From contig CM059438.1 in the NCBI GenBank assembly GCA_030390025.1, forward strand, positions 60,328,001-60,392,000: 64,000 bases of DNA, in the 5' to 3' direction. This DNA comes from Squalus acanthias (lineage: Eukaryota). Under the pieces are notes generated by a model that was given only the letters and a program-made list of their open reading frames with translations, did not search any database and was not told the origin of the DNA. This document shows positions 35,865 through 48,184 of this stretch, in pieces; positions within the stretch are counted from its first letter, which is position 1; each line of letters starts with the position of its first letter. Made by a program: the position numbers and the translations under genes.

Positions 35865-36295
35865 TGGAGCAGGTGCAAAAAGTATTTACAAGGATGATCC
35901 CAGAACTGAGAGGTTATAACTATTATGAGTCTCTTTTCTCGTGAAAAGAGAAGGCTGAGGGGGACCTAATCGGGGTTTTTAAGATTATGAAAGCTTTTGA
36001 TAGTGTAGAGAAGATGTTTCCATTTGTCGGGTAGACCAAAACCAGGTCATAAATATGATAGTCACCAATAAATCCAACAGGGAATTCAGGAGAAACTTCT
36101 TTACCCAGAGAGTGGTGAGAATGTGGAACTCACTACCACAGGGAGTAGTCGAGATAATTAGCATAAATGCATTTAAGTGGAAGCTAGATAAACACATGAG
36201 GGAGAAAGGAATAGAGAATAAGCAGATGAGGTGAGATGAAAGAGTGGGGGGGAGGCATAGACCAGTTGGGCCGAATGGCCTGTTTCTGCGCAGTA
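35865..36295 (+). mobile_element. Older CR1 3' fragment
   Basis: Degenerate EQVQ..FTRMIP..., FFTQRVVRMWNSLPQ and a 3'UTR. Confidence 0.75.
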
Positions 36296-36684
36296 AATTA
36301 TTTGTCTCACTGCTGACAGCTCTCCACAGTTCAGGGCTCTGAACTGGCTCCCAACCGATCCCGGCACTGGGGCGAGGGGTGCCTGCAGCCTGATCCGGAT
36401 CCCACGCCCGGAGTCAGGCTCCACAGCGACCAAATCCCATAACAGCCCCGATCAGTGCGAAACTCACCATTTCATACTGAGGACTCAATACATCCAATAC
36501 ATTTTCATATCACACCATGAGAACATTCTCATCCCAGTGCTGATGCCCCAATCCGCATCCTGCCATGGGCTCCCTTTACCTTAAGTCCCCTGCCCAATGC
36601 CCTGGGTATCATTACCCTGATGGCCACCTCAGCCCTCCATTACCTTGATGCTTCTCCTCACCCCCACCCCCCAGCCGTCACTTA

Positions 36685-37207
36685 CCCTGATGCTCCTGAA
36701 CCTGATGCCCTTGTACCTGATGACCCCTGATCCTGATGCCCTGAATCTGATGCCTTTTTATCCTGATGCCCCGTCCCTGATGCCCTGATCCCCCCCCCGA
36801 TCATGATGCCCTCTGAACCTGATGCTCCTGATTCTGATGCCCTCTGAACCTGATGCCCCCTGTCCCTGATGCTTTACCTGATGCCCTGTACCTAATGCCC
36901 CTGTCCCCAATGCCCCCTGTACCCGATGCCCCTTGTCCCTGATGCCCCCTGTCCCCGATGCCCCTTGTCCCTGATGCCCCCTGTCCCTGATGCCCCTTGT
37001 CCCTGATGCCCCCTGTCCCTGATGCCCCCTGTCCCTGATGCCCCTGCATCTGATGCCCCTTGTCCCTGATGCCCCTGTCCCTGATGCCCCTTGTCCCTGA
37101 TGCCCCCTGTCCCTGATGCCCCCTGTCCCTGATGCCCCTGCATCTGATGCCCCTTGTCCCTGATGCCCCCTGTCCCTGATGCCCCTGCATCTGATGCCCC
37201 CTGTCCC
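36685..37207. repeat. 16-bp minisatellite (TGATGCCCCCTGTCCC)
   Basis: Directly visible; abuts the BSPRY exon 1 donor. Confidence 0.93.
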
Positions 37208-37220
37208 GGCTCTCACTCAC

Positions 37221-37547
37221 CCTCATGCGCTCCGCCGCCTGCCCGATGGCGGTGCCCTGGTGCTCACTGCAGGGTCCCGGGATCGCACAGCGGGCGCACA
37301 CCGCCTTGCCCTCGGTGAAGCAGAACCAGTCCGGCCGGCCTCGGTGAATGGGACAGTCGCCGCAATCGGGCGCCTGGGAGGCGGCGAGCTGCTCGCACCC
37401 AGCCCGCTGACAGGTGCAAGGTGGCCGGCTCGCCTCCTCCTCCTCCTCCTTCCCGCAACCCGAGCACCTCGGGCAGGCTGGGGGTCCCGGGGGGCGGGCG
37501 GGCTGCCCCGGCCCCGGCTCAGGGTCCCCGGTCTCCGGCTGGGACAT
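37221..37547 (-). CDS. BSPRY: BSPRY coding exon 1 (109 codons; Cys-rich N-terminus plus B-box zinc finger)
   Basis: GCCATG start at 37547. Translates MSQPETGD...CPIHRGRPDWFCFTEGKAVCARCAIPGPCSEH...AAERMR, a B-box pattern like human BSPRY CPEH..WFC..VCAAC..C..H. Phase-0 donor AGG|GTGAGT. GC/CpG-rich. Confidence 0.9.
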
Positions 37548-37711
37548 GGCCACAGAGTGGGAGAGGAGCGGCCGGTTACAGGTGAACGCGGAAATACAGA
37601 GCGATACAAAGGTCACTGGGGAAGGGAGAGGAGCTGAAACCGACACTGCAGGAAATACAGGAGGAGAGGCAGCCGCGAGCATTAACCAGACTCACCTTTC
37701 ATAATTTCATA

Positions 37712-37719
37712 TATTTATA
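37712..37719 (-). promoter_or_regulatory. Candidate TATA box upstream of BSPRY
   Basis: TATAAATA on the minus strand about 165 nt upstream of the ATG, next to the GC-rich exon 1. Motif and position only. Confidence 0.3.
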
Positions 37720-38207
37720 AACATTAACAAGTAGCACCGTCTAGAATTGGTATTTGCAAACTCCAGGACTCCGAGGGGGCAAAAAATAGTGGGGAAACTG
37801 TTACAGGGACTCTGCAAGGAACAATGTTTGTCAATCTTAGACTGAGCAGGGAGAGACTCCCGTCAAACGTGAGCATGTCATGTCCAAATAAAGCACTGAT
37901 TTGTCCTGATACAAAGAAAGACTTGCATTTATATAGCGCCTTTCACGACCACCGGACGTCCCAAAGCGCTGTACAACCAATGAAGTACTTTTGAAGTGTA
38001 GTCACTGTTGTAATGTGGGACGTCCTAAAGCCTTCACAAACAATTAAGTGTACAATGTAAGTTTTCTGCATCATTGTATGTTGTTTGCAAACAACCAGGG
38101 GTATCCTAAAAAGACACTGCTCCTTTAATCTCATTGCAACAGGCACATTTTCATCGATCTATATCATGAAATGTTTTGCATCTGTAACATCTTTCAGGTG
38201 CCTGTAA

Positions 38208-38442
38208 GGTCTGGGAAAGGTTCTGGGACATGGAAAGGGTCTGGGACATGGACAGGGTTTGGGAAAGGTTCTGGGACATGGACAGGGTTTGGGAAAAGGT
38301 CTGGGTCATGGACAGGGTTTGGGAAAGGGTCTGGGACATTGTCAGGGTTTGGGAAAGGGTCTGAGACATGAACAGGGTTTGGGGAAAGGGTCTGAGACAT
38401 GGACAGGGTCTGGGACATGAACAGGGTGTGGGGAAAGGGTCC
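38208..38442. repeat. 30-bp G-rich minisatellite (GGACAGGGTTTGGGAAAGGGTCTGGGACAT)
   Basis: About 8 degenerate copies. Confidence 0.9.
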
Positions 38443-39289
38443 AATGTATTGATGGAGTGACCAACGAGACACATTGGGAGCTCATATCCGCAAATCGCAA
38501 CAATGTCCCCCCCCCAATTTCCTGATATGTTCTCCCAAGAAGCAAGGCTCTCCGGTGGGAGTGCACATTCCTAGTATGAGCCTTGTATCTCTTAAGCAAC
38601 TTCTAATTAAGGGATTAGCATTTGGTTTCAGATCAGCATTAGCAGCAGCTTGGGAGTGGTTCAGCTGTCTGAACTCTGACCCACGGATGGTGCTTTTCCA
38701 AGCAAAACCAGGTTAAAGGTAAAGGGTGGGGGAAAACCTTTGAAAGAGTAATTTTATCCACCCATTCCTTTCAAAATCATCCCTGTATTCTTTCTTTGTC
38801 CTGAAAACTCAGTAAATCTGTCATTTTAATTACATTTTCACATTAAAAAAAAATCAGGTTTATCTCTATTTTATTTTGCTGGCTGTCAATAATTGATCCG
38901 TGCTTCGGATTTGCAAAGAGAATAATTCCATCACATTATGTGATTGGACTCTCCCATTACAAAATCAGGACATGCATCTCAATTCACTGAATCGTAGGAG
39001 GCAATTCTGCTTATCACACCAGCGCTGGTGCTGTCTTTTTAATGGGAGATCTTCTCAAATCCCATTTCCCTGTCTTTTCCCCACATCCTTTTATGTTTAT
39101 TTTCAACTAAAAGTTGAATGCAGTTGTCACTTTCACAGCCACAGGTAGGACTGTCCAAGCAGATGGTCATGGCTGGAGGTCTTCATATAGTAGTTGGCAC
39201 AGCATCCATACTGCCTATTTGAAAAGAACTTGCATTTCTATAGCGCCTTTCACGACCTCAGGACGTCACAAAGCGCCATTTTTGAAGTA

Positions 39290-39836
39290 TTGTTAATCTT
39301 AATTCTCCACTCCACTCCTACTCTGACCTCTCCGTCCTCGGCCTCCTACACTGTTCCAATGAAGCTCAATGGACGCTCCAGGAACAGCACTTCATCTTTC
39401 GATTAGGCACTTTGCAGCCTTCCGGATTCAACATCGGTTCAACAATTTCAGATCATAACCACTGCTCCCATTTTTTCGGACAGCAGGTGCTGGTAATGAT
39501 TCTGCTGTTGTCATGTACACCTCCTCTAGACCCATCTTTTGTTTCTTTTATTGTCCCATTACCACCCCCTTTTGCCTTGCGCCATCACCCCTTTTGTCAT
39601 TTAATCTCTCCTGCCTTCCATCCTATCACAGACCTTCCCTTTTGTTCTTTCCTCCCCTGCCCCTGCACTTGCTTAAAACCTGTTACATCTCTAACTTTTT
39701 CCAGTTCTGACGAAAGGTCATCGACCTGAAACGTTAACTCTGTTTCTCTCCCTACAGATGCTGCCTGACCTGTTGAGTATTTCCAGCACTTTGTTTTTAT
39801 TTCAAATTTCCAGCATCCACAGTATTTTGCTTTTGT
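39290..39836 (+). mobile_element. Penelope-like retroelement remnant (GIY-YIG C-terminus plus pLTR)
   Basis: Encodes LGLLHCSNEAQ..LQEQHFIFRLGTLQPSGFNI, typical of the PLE endonuclease end, followed by a pyrimidine-rich tract and a hammerhead motif. Confidence 0.75.
39703..39739 (+). ncRNA. Minimal type-I hammerhead ribozyme motif
   Basis: AGTT-CTGACGA-A-AGGTC(ATC)GACCT-GAAA-C-GTT-AACT gives stem I AGTT/AACT, both core boxes, a 5-bp stem II and a GUU cleavage triplet. Confidence 0.75.
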
Positions 39837-40747
39837 AATACTTTTGAAGTGTAGTCACTGTTGTAATGTATGAAACGCGGCAGCCAATTTACGTACAGCA
39901 AGCTCCCACAAACAGCAATGTGATAATGACCAGATAATCTGTTTTAGTGATGTTGGTTGAGCAATAAATATTGGCCAGGGGAGAACTTCGCTGCTCTTCT
40001 TCGAAATAGTAACATGGGATCTTTTACATCCACCTGGAGAGGGCAGATGGGGCCTCATTTTAACATCTCATCTGAAAGACGGCATCTCTGACAGTGCAGC
40101 ACTCCCTCAGCACTGCATTGGAGTGTCAGCCTAGATTATGCGCTCAAGTCTCTGGAGTGGGACTTGAACCCACAACCTTCTGACTCAGAGGCGAGAGTGC
40201 TACCTCCGAGCCACAGCTGACACCTCAAGCACTTCCAGGTCAGGGATGGTTCCTTCTCCATTTGGGGATTTACAAAAGAAGGAAAGAAAAAACTTGCCTT
40301 TCACAACCTCAGGACATGCCAAACTGCTTCACAGCCAGTAAAGTACATTTGAAGTGTAGTCACTGTTGTAGGGAAACAAAAGGCTCTAAAGGGGATTGTA
40401 AAGGCATAACTATTGGCAGTGTATGAGAGAGGGAGTGAGAGCAAAGCTGATTGGTAGCAGATTGAGGGATGAGGCAGTGAGATAGGCAGTAAGTGAGAGC
40501 TAAGCCTCAAACGTATTATTAGATAAAAAAAATACTGCCAGACATTGTCAGATCACAAGTCGTAAATCACATTGGGTCATGTCCTTTTGTACATTTTAGA
40601 ACTAAGAGTCCATGGAAGTATATCCAGTATTTGCAGAGAGTGCCCGTGCTAGAAAATTGGAAAACTGATGCTCAACACTGCCCCATCAAGCATTCCCAGA
40701 TCAGGCACAGCAGGATGAGAAGAATGATCCAATCTCCTCAGCCAAAT

Positions 40748-40784
40748 TCACCTGACGAAGGAGCAGCGCTCCGAAAGCTTGTGA
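40748..40784 (+). ncRNA. Minimal hammerhead ribozyme motif of a second family (in a short repeat at about 40745-40872)
   Basis: TCAC-CTGACGA-A-GGAGC(AGC)GCTCC-GAAA-G-CTT-GTGA: different stem sequences, same core, CUU triplet. Confidence 0.72.
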
Positions 40785-43170
40785 TTTCAAATAAAACTGT
40801 TGGACTATAACCTGGTGTTGTGCGACTTCTCACTTTTGTCCACCCCAGTCCAACACCGGCATCTCCGCATCAAATCCACAATAGCCTTGAATAGAAATTG
40901 TCAAAGCCTTGTTTGCTTTAAGCTTCATAAACATTTCTGCTTTGCTTCACCTTGTGATACTGTGGGTTTCTAATTTGTTCTCTCCCTGCTTCTCCTCCGT
41001 CAACTCAGGAATCTATCCTCCACTTTCAATGATAAAAAGAGTAACAAAATGATTAGTAATTCTGCCATTTCCCTGTCCTGTGACACAACCTTCCTACTGC
41101 CACTAGTAAACGATCCAACATCCCTCGCTCCTGACATACTTAAAGAACACTGTTGCTGCCCTTTATATTTTTGCCACATTTTTTGCTTATGTTTCTTGTT
41201 CATGCCTCTTATCAGTTTCTTGGTGTGACAGATCAAATTGTGATTTTAATGATGTATTCTGCCAGTATAATTTATTTGCTCAGTTGCTCAGATTAGTACA
41301 TTCCTTTTAAATATGCTTATTTATTCATTCTGCCAACAATGTAGACACACTTAAAGCCATTTTTTCTTCCTTTAAAATTAATTTATGATCATTATTATTT
41401 ATCTGATTTGTTAATCTGTCATTGAGGCAAATGACTGTTGATTAATTTTCTTCAAATGTGAATGTTCCACAATCCATTTACTAGAATCAGAAAATGGTAC
41501 CGCGACAGAAACAGGTCATTCCACCATCAGGTCTGCACCTGTGTTGGAGGAACACAGCACTGTAAACTTGCCCAAAGAGTTGCCTTCGAGATTTGTAAGG
41601 GAAGTGCCCTGTAAAGTGCATGAGGATGTCCCTACAATATGGACTTCAGCTGGGAAGCGAATAGTTAATTCAGGCTTCCAAACATTGAATACAGGCTTTT
41701 AAACAATTAAGTCATAAAGTCATTATCCCTGGCTCAGGCCAGGGAAGCACTTAGTGAGTCGTTAACAGGTCACAACCTCTCATATTTGTGTGGGTTCCTT
41801 TGTTAAGAGGTTGTAAAAGTGGGGCTGACAGAGGCTGGAGATCCATGCCTCAGTACTGACTTGTTGGGAATGATTGACACAAAAAGCAGCGAGCCCTTCT
41901 AACACATGGATCATTCTGAAGCAGAGCTTTTCTTTGTATTTGGTAGACGACACTGTCTTTCTTAGTCTCTCTTTTAATCAGAAGACGACTTTTATCTCCT
42001 ATGTTCGTCTCCTGTAAGAATTTTTACACAGCAGGTGTAAAAGGTATCCTGATCAGTACAGGGTACCTTTAAGAAGAGAGTGCCAGGGGTTAGAAGCTAG
42101 TTTGAGGCTACACCAGCCCACTACAGGCAGAGCTAAGAGTGCCACTTAATTGGGAGCAGTCTGAGATCGAGAACGGTGAGAGGGAACCAGCTCAGATATT
42201 GTCACTCAATGTAAGGTGGGTTCAGTCGGTACTGAAGATCCAAGTGAAACAGATAATCCCACCACGAAGGGGTTCATCAACTCAACATTCCAGGAGTTAA
42301 CGCCTGTGTCCGAGGGAAGGAAGGAAATTGACCCATGCTTGCGAGGATAAGGTTGTGTAAGCTCTGAGCATTGTTAATCAAACAAGCAGACTTGAGCTAT
42401 TAAATAGACTGGCTATTCAAAGATGTTAACTTACATAGCAACAGGAGTAGGTCATTCAACTTGTCAGCTATCTAAGGAATTACTCTTCAGTAATCTCACC
42501 AATTTAAAACCTCAGACTCTGGTTACCGCCATAGTTAATATTCAGCATCCGTTAGCACTGATGTACAGTAATACATCAAAACATTAAAATGTTACTTAAT
42601 AAAACATTTAGCAAAGGCTACACTGAATTGCCTGTGCTACATTTTTAGTTAAGTAACTCTGTCCATGACTGATTTGCTTCTCAATGACTAGGTAACTCTG
42701 ATTATACTTATGTATGTCTATTAAAGCATTTGTGTGCCTAACTTTAACTTTAAATTGTGATGTGTAACCAATAAATAGTGTTTGCTGCATGACTTGTGGT
42801 CTGGCTTCTTCCTTGATGATTTGGCAAGAGTTAACTCACTCACTCAGCAGCTTGAGGGTGACCTAATTGAGGGTTAGTAAATGAAATTCATTTTGATCCA
42901 AGCTGGTTAGTGTAAGACGATTCGGTGAGCCGAACCATTCATCCCGAGGCCTATGCTGGGAGGTACAATGGTTACTTAGTAAAGAGGAGAGAATTAAGGA
43001 CTTGGCTGGGTCCTTGGCATATATTTGTCAGGATACCAAAACCCAGCTTTCTTACAGCATCTTTCTCCACATCAGGCACCGAATCTCAACCTAGTTTCTG
43101 GCAAAATGGATTTTTGCCTGTGCTGGATATTTTTAAGCTTTAATATTTCTACATTAGATTGAGCATATAA

Positions 43171-43991
43171 TAGGGTTGCCAACCCTCAAAGATTGTCCTG
43201 GCATCTCTCGGAATTAAAGATTAATCTCCAGACCACTGTTGTGAGCAAAACCCAGGAGAAAAATCATTGGGGCATTAAATAAAATTGCAGGGTTTTTTTT
43301 CATTTTCGTTGAACACTTTAGTTTATTAGTTATAAACATATAGAATTTGAGGGTAGAAAAGACTGTTTGGCAGTCAAGAATCATCCAGTTGAGTCATGGA
43401 GAGTCTGTTTGCTTTCCAGCCGTGGCTCAGTGGGTAACACTCTCGCCTCTGAGTCAGAAGGTTGTGGGTTCAAGTCCCACTCCAGAGTCTTGAGCACAAA
43501 ATCTGGGCTGACACTCCAGTGCTGTACTGAGGGAGTGCTGCACTGTCTTTCGGATGAGACGTTAAACTGAGGCCCCGTCTGCTCTCTCAGGTAAAAGATC
43601 CCATGGCACTATTTCGAAGAAGAGCAGGGGAGTTATCCCCGGTGTCCTGGCCAATATTTATCTTTCAATCAACATAAGAAAAACAGAACATCTGGTCATT
43701 ATCACATTGCTGTTTGTGGGAGTTTGCTGCGTGCAATTGGCTGCCGCGTTTCCTACAGTACAACAGTGACTACACTTCAAAAGTACTTCATTGGCTGTAA
43801 AGCGCTTTGGGATGTCCTGAGGTCGTGAAAGGCGCTATAGAAATGCAAGTCTTTCTTTCAATTGGCATGGGAAGACGGTGTACCCTCAGGACGGACGTGT
43901 TGGGCACCCAATAGTGGGAGCGAGGCAGGGAATGCGGGAGTTCGGGTAATGAAACCTCCAGGGATACATCCAACTAGATTTGGCAACCCTA
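43171..43991. mobile_element. hAT (Blackjack-like) MITE with a nested SINE
   Basis: 12-bp TIR TAGGGTTGCCAA and a perfect 8-bp TSD GCATATAA (43163-70 and 43992-99). Decayed relatives at about 6668-6920, 26577-26800 and 49615-49870. Confidence 0.88.
43417..43860 (+). mobile_element. Deu-domain SINE nested in a hAT MITE
   Basis: A and B boxes, Deu core and tail. Confidence 0.88.
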
Positions 43992-44739
43992 GCATATAAG
44001 CAGTTAACTCTCAAGGATGCACACAGCATTTTTCTTGACAGTAAGCCAGCAGCCTAGAACCAGTCCGGTTACAATGGTGATTTGAAGTATTCAATAATTA
44101 CTCTGAAGGAGGGTTGATATTTAAAATCACGAACACAGTGAAAAATGACTCCTTGCAAAACCTGATGGTCCAGGGTGTCATTCTATTCTCCTCGCACGAT
44201 ACCAGGCAGACACGTGGGAGCCAGCTGATCCCACATCGAAGCATACGGGCTTTTACCTCAGGGAAGTCACTTTGATTGACAGCTCAGTAGGCAGAGCCCT
44301 ATCTCTCAGACTGAAGGCGGGGGATGGGCAGTCCACAGAGCGGAGGAACAGAGAAATCTAGGGGGACGGGGGGCATAAAGGAGGGAGAACGGGTAAACAA
44401 TGGGGTTTACGCATAGGAGAATTGAATATAAAAGCAAAGAAATTACGGTAAACTTTATCCAAAATGTTGGTTAGGCCACAGTTGGAGTACTGCAAGCAGT
44501 TTTGTGCACTTTATTATGGGAAAGACATTTGAGCCATGAAAAAAGTATAGTTAAGATTAGCGTTAGAATTATAATGTGAATCAGAGACTCAATAATTGAG
44601 ATTAAGGGAGTATCTAATACAGGTTTTCAGGTTGCATAGCTTGTTTGTCCAGCAGGGAATTGGGGTTAAGTGGCACTGTATTGAATTGCTGAGGAAACAA
44701 GGAGAATGACTGGGATGTGGGTGGGGCATCTGTATCCAG

Positions 44740-45455
44740 AACAACAACAACAACAACTTATATTTATATAGTGCCTTTAATGTAGTAAAACGTCCCAAAG
44801 GCACTTCACAGGAGCGTTATGAAACAAAATTTGACACTGAGCCACATAAGGAGATATTAGGGCAGGTGACCAAAACTTGGTCAAAGAGGTAGGTTTTAAG
44901 GAGAGTCTTAAAGAAGGAAAGAGAGGCGGAGAGGTTTAGGGAGGGAATTCCAGAGATTAGGGCCTTGGCAGCTGAAGGCACGACCACCGATGGTTGAGCG
45001 ATTAAAATCGGGGAAGCTCAAGAGGCCAGAATTAGAGGAGCGCAGATATCTCGGAGGGTTGTGGGGCTGGAGGAGATTACAGAGATAGGGAGGGGCGAGG
45101 CCATAGAGGGATTTGAAAACAAGGATGAGAATTTTAAAATCGAGGTGTTGCTTAACCGTGAGCCAATGTAGGTCAGCGAGCACAGGAGTTATGGGTGAAT
45201 GGGACTTGATTCGAGTTAGGACATGAGCAGCAGAGTTCACGGAGGGTAGAAAGTGGGAGGCCGACCAGGAGTGTGTTGGAATAGTCAAGTCTAGAGGTAA
45301 CTAAGGCATGGATGAGGGTTTCAGCAGTGGATGCGCTGAGGCAGGGGCAGAGTCAGGTGATGTTCGGGAGTTTGAAACAGGCGGCCTTAGTGATGGCGCG
45401 GATTTGTGGTCGGAAGCTCATTTTGGGGTCAAAAATGACACCAAAGCTGCAAACA
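44740..45455 (-). mobile_element. L2 3' fragment
   Basis: Antisense ITPVLADLHWL..FKILILVFKSL and a (CAA)n tail. Confidence 0.85.
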
Positions 45456-46349
45456 GTTAATAAACATAGATCCTTTCATAAATATAAACTGCATAAACAT
45501 GTAATGATAGACAGTGCTGTGGTCCTTGTTTATGTACCAGAAATGAGGGTTCTAGACGCAGCAGTCAAATACTTGCATGTTTATTAAGAGTTACACAAAT
45601 ATACTCACAGACAACACTCCGGATCACACGGTGATGCCTTGCTGTAGAAGATCACATGTGACAGTCGTTGAACTCAACTTTCCTGATTTCTTCCTTCTGT
45701 TTCATCTTCTAACTTTCTTACAATGGTCTCGCTTTTTAAGCTTAGCTACTTCACCTCCTCCACGACCTTCACTTTTGCGCGGGTCCCACTGCTAAATTCG
45801 TGAGGCCTATATTTTAGGCCCCTTGAATATGTAAATTAAGGGCCTAACGCCCGTTGAAGCCCCCTTTCTAAATTTCTTGCCGCCAACGATAGGTAAGTGG
45901 AAAATTTTGTTTTAACGTCCCTGAGTAGTTGGAGGAGCAGGAGTGCCCTCCAGCTCCACAGGACTGGCGATCGGTTCCCCCCCCACCCCGCCCCCACTCG
46001 AACCACCCACCCCTCCTGGGGCTTACCCGAGAGCCACTACCAGAGAGGCAGGTGGCCCAAAATTGATGTCTCCGCTCAGGCGACCAGCACCGCCAGCTCG
46101 CGCCGATTTTCCGAATTTCTATCGACCCTCGGGCCTCTTGGTTCGGGCGCACGCAGATCCGAGTCTGGGCACAAAATCTACCCCACTGTCCCTGTCTATC
46201 TCAAATAACCTATCCAATGGGACTGACGCCAATCCCTTCATCATTTTAAAAACTTCAATCATGCTTCCAATAACCCTGTGTTTCTCCAGCCCTAACTGTT
46301 GGACCCTATCCTGATGTAGCATTTTGGCTTTTACAATATTGCCTGAGCA

Positions 46350-48184
46350 GAACTTTCTCCCCTCCCTCCTTTGCCTCCTCCACCCTCACCTCCAGCATTA
46401 AGTGCGAGGAGCTCATGGGCTTTTTTTTCCACAAAGATCGAGACCATCGTTCAGCTGCCTCTTCCTTCCCTTCCCCTAGCCCATCGGGACAAACTTCCCC
46501 AAATGTTCCCCGCTACCCTAGCCCTGAACTCACATCTTTCTCTGGATTCTATCCCATCACCTGCAATGCTCTCTCCGTCCTCATCTTTTCCATGAGACCC
46601 ACCTCCTGCTCCCTCGATCCTATTCCAACCAAACTTTCCTTCCTGGGCCCCATGTTAGCTGATGTTAATGGTTCTCTCTCCTCAGGTACTGTCACCCCCC
46701 CACCTTCAAATCTACTGTAATCACCCCTCTCCTCAAAAAAAACACCCTTGACCCTCTGTCCTTGCGATCTATCGCCCCATGTCCAACTTCCCTTTCCTCT
46801 CCAAAGTCCTTGAACATGTAATCACTTCCCAAATCCATGCCCATCTTGCCCGCAATTCCATGTTTGAATCACTCCAATCAGTTTTCCGGGCCACAGTACT
46901 GAAACGGCCCTTGGCAAAGTCACAAATGACATTCTTTGTGACTGTGACCACAATAAACTATCCCTCCTCATCCCACTCGACCTATCTGCAGCCTTCGACA
47001 CAGTTCAGCACACCATCCTCCACCAACGCCTCTCCACCATTGTCCAGCTGGGTGGGACTACACTCGCCTGGTTCCATTTTTATCTATGAAATCATAGCCA
47101 GAGAATCACCTGCAACGGCTTCTCTTCCCGCTCCCACACCGTTACCTCTGGAGTCCCCCAAGGATCTATTCTTGGCCCCTTCTATTTTTCATCTACATGC
47201 TGCCCCGCGGCGATATCATCCGAAAACATATCAGGTTCCACATGTATGCCGATGACACTCAGCTTTATCTCACCACCACCTCTTTGGAGCCCTCCTCTGT
47301 CTCTGATTTGTCACTGCTTGTCTGACATCCAATATTGGATGAGCAGAAATTTCCTCCAACTAAGTATTGGGAAGACCAAAGCCATTTTCTTTGGTCCCCG
47401 CCACAAACTCCATTCCCTGGCCACCGTTTCCACCCCTCTCCCTGGCAATTGTCTTAAGCTAAGCCAGAACGTTCGCAACCTTGGTGTTGTGTTTGATTCC
47501 GAGATGAGCTTCTGAGACATATCCACTCTCTCACCAAGACTACCTACTTCCACCTCTGTAACTTCGCTTGACTCCAAACCTGCCTCAGCTCATCTGCTGC
47601 TGAAACCCTCATTCAAGCCTTTGCTACCTCTAGACTTGATATTCCAATGCTCTCCTGGCCAGCCTCCCATCTTCCACCCTACATAAACTTGTGCACATCC
47701 AAAACTCTACTGCCCGTATCTTAACTCGCTCCAAATCTCGTTCACCCATCACCCCAGTGCTTGCTGACCTTCACTGGCCCCCGGTCCGACAATGCTTCAA
47801 TTTTAAAATTCTCATCCTTGTTTTCAAATCCCTCCATGGCCTCGCCCCTCCCTATCTCTGTAGCCTCTTCCAGCCCTACAAGCAATCAAGATCTCTGTGC
47901 TCTTCCACATCCCCGATTTTAACTGCCCCACCATAGGTGGCCGTGCCTTCAGCTGTCTTGGCCCTAAGCTCTGGAATTCCCTCCCTAAACCTCTCCGCCT
48001 CTCTCTCTCCTCTTTTAAGATGCTCTTTCAAACCTACCTCTTTGATCAAGCTTTTGGTCACCTGTCCTGATATCGCCTTCTGTGGCTCGGTGTCAAAAAT
48101 GTTTTTTATTGATATCGCTCTTATTAAGCGCCTTGGGATGTTTTACTACGTTAAATGCGCTACATAAATTTAAATTGTTGTTGT
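46350..48184 (+). mobile_element. Degenerate L2 LINE 3' half (RT region to tail)
   Basis: SCSLDPIPT, SNFPFLSKVLE, YADD-encoding TATGCCGATGAC, ITPVLADLHW, and a (TTG)n tail. Confidence 0.88.

Larger units (their letters stand above)
39222..40223 (-). mobile_element. Deu-domain SINE split by a Penelope-like insertion (39290-39836)
   Basis: Head and core antisense at 39837-40223; tail at 39222-39290. Confidence 0.82.

Noticed and set aside
36801..37220. Collagen-like/Gly-rich extension of the 293-aa ORF
   Set aside because: Read-through past the BSPRY exon 1 donor into the 16-bp repeat.
37616..37695. Possible short 5'UTR intron of BSPRY (GTGAGT...CCCCAG)
   Set aside because: Several alternative acceptors, a conflict with the nearby TATA candidate, and no independent support.
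41560..42966. Possible solo LTR (TGT...ACA ends, AATAAA near 42770)
   Set aside because: No matching TSD, PBS or second copy found, so it cannot be supported.
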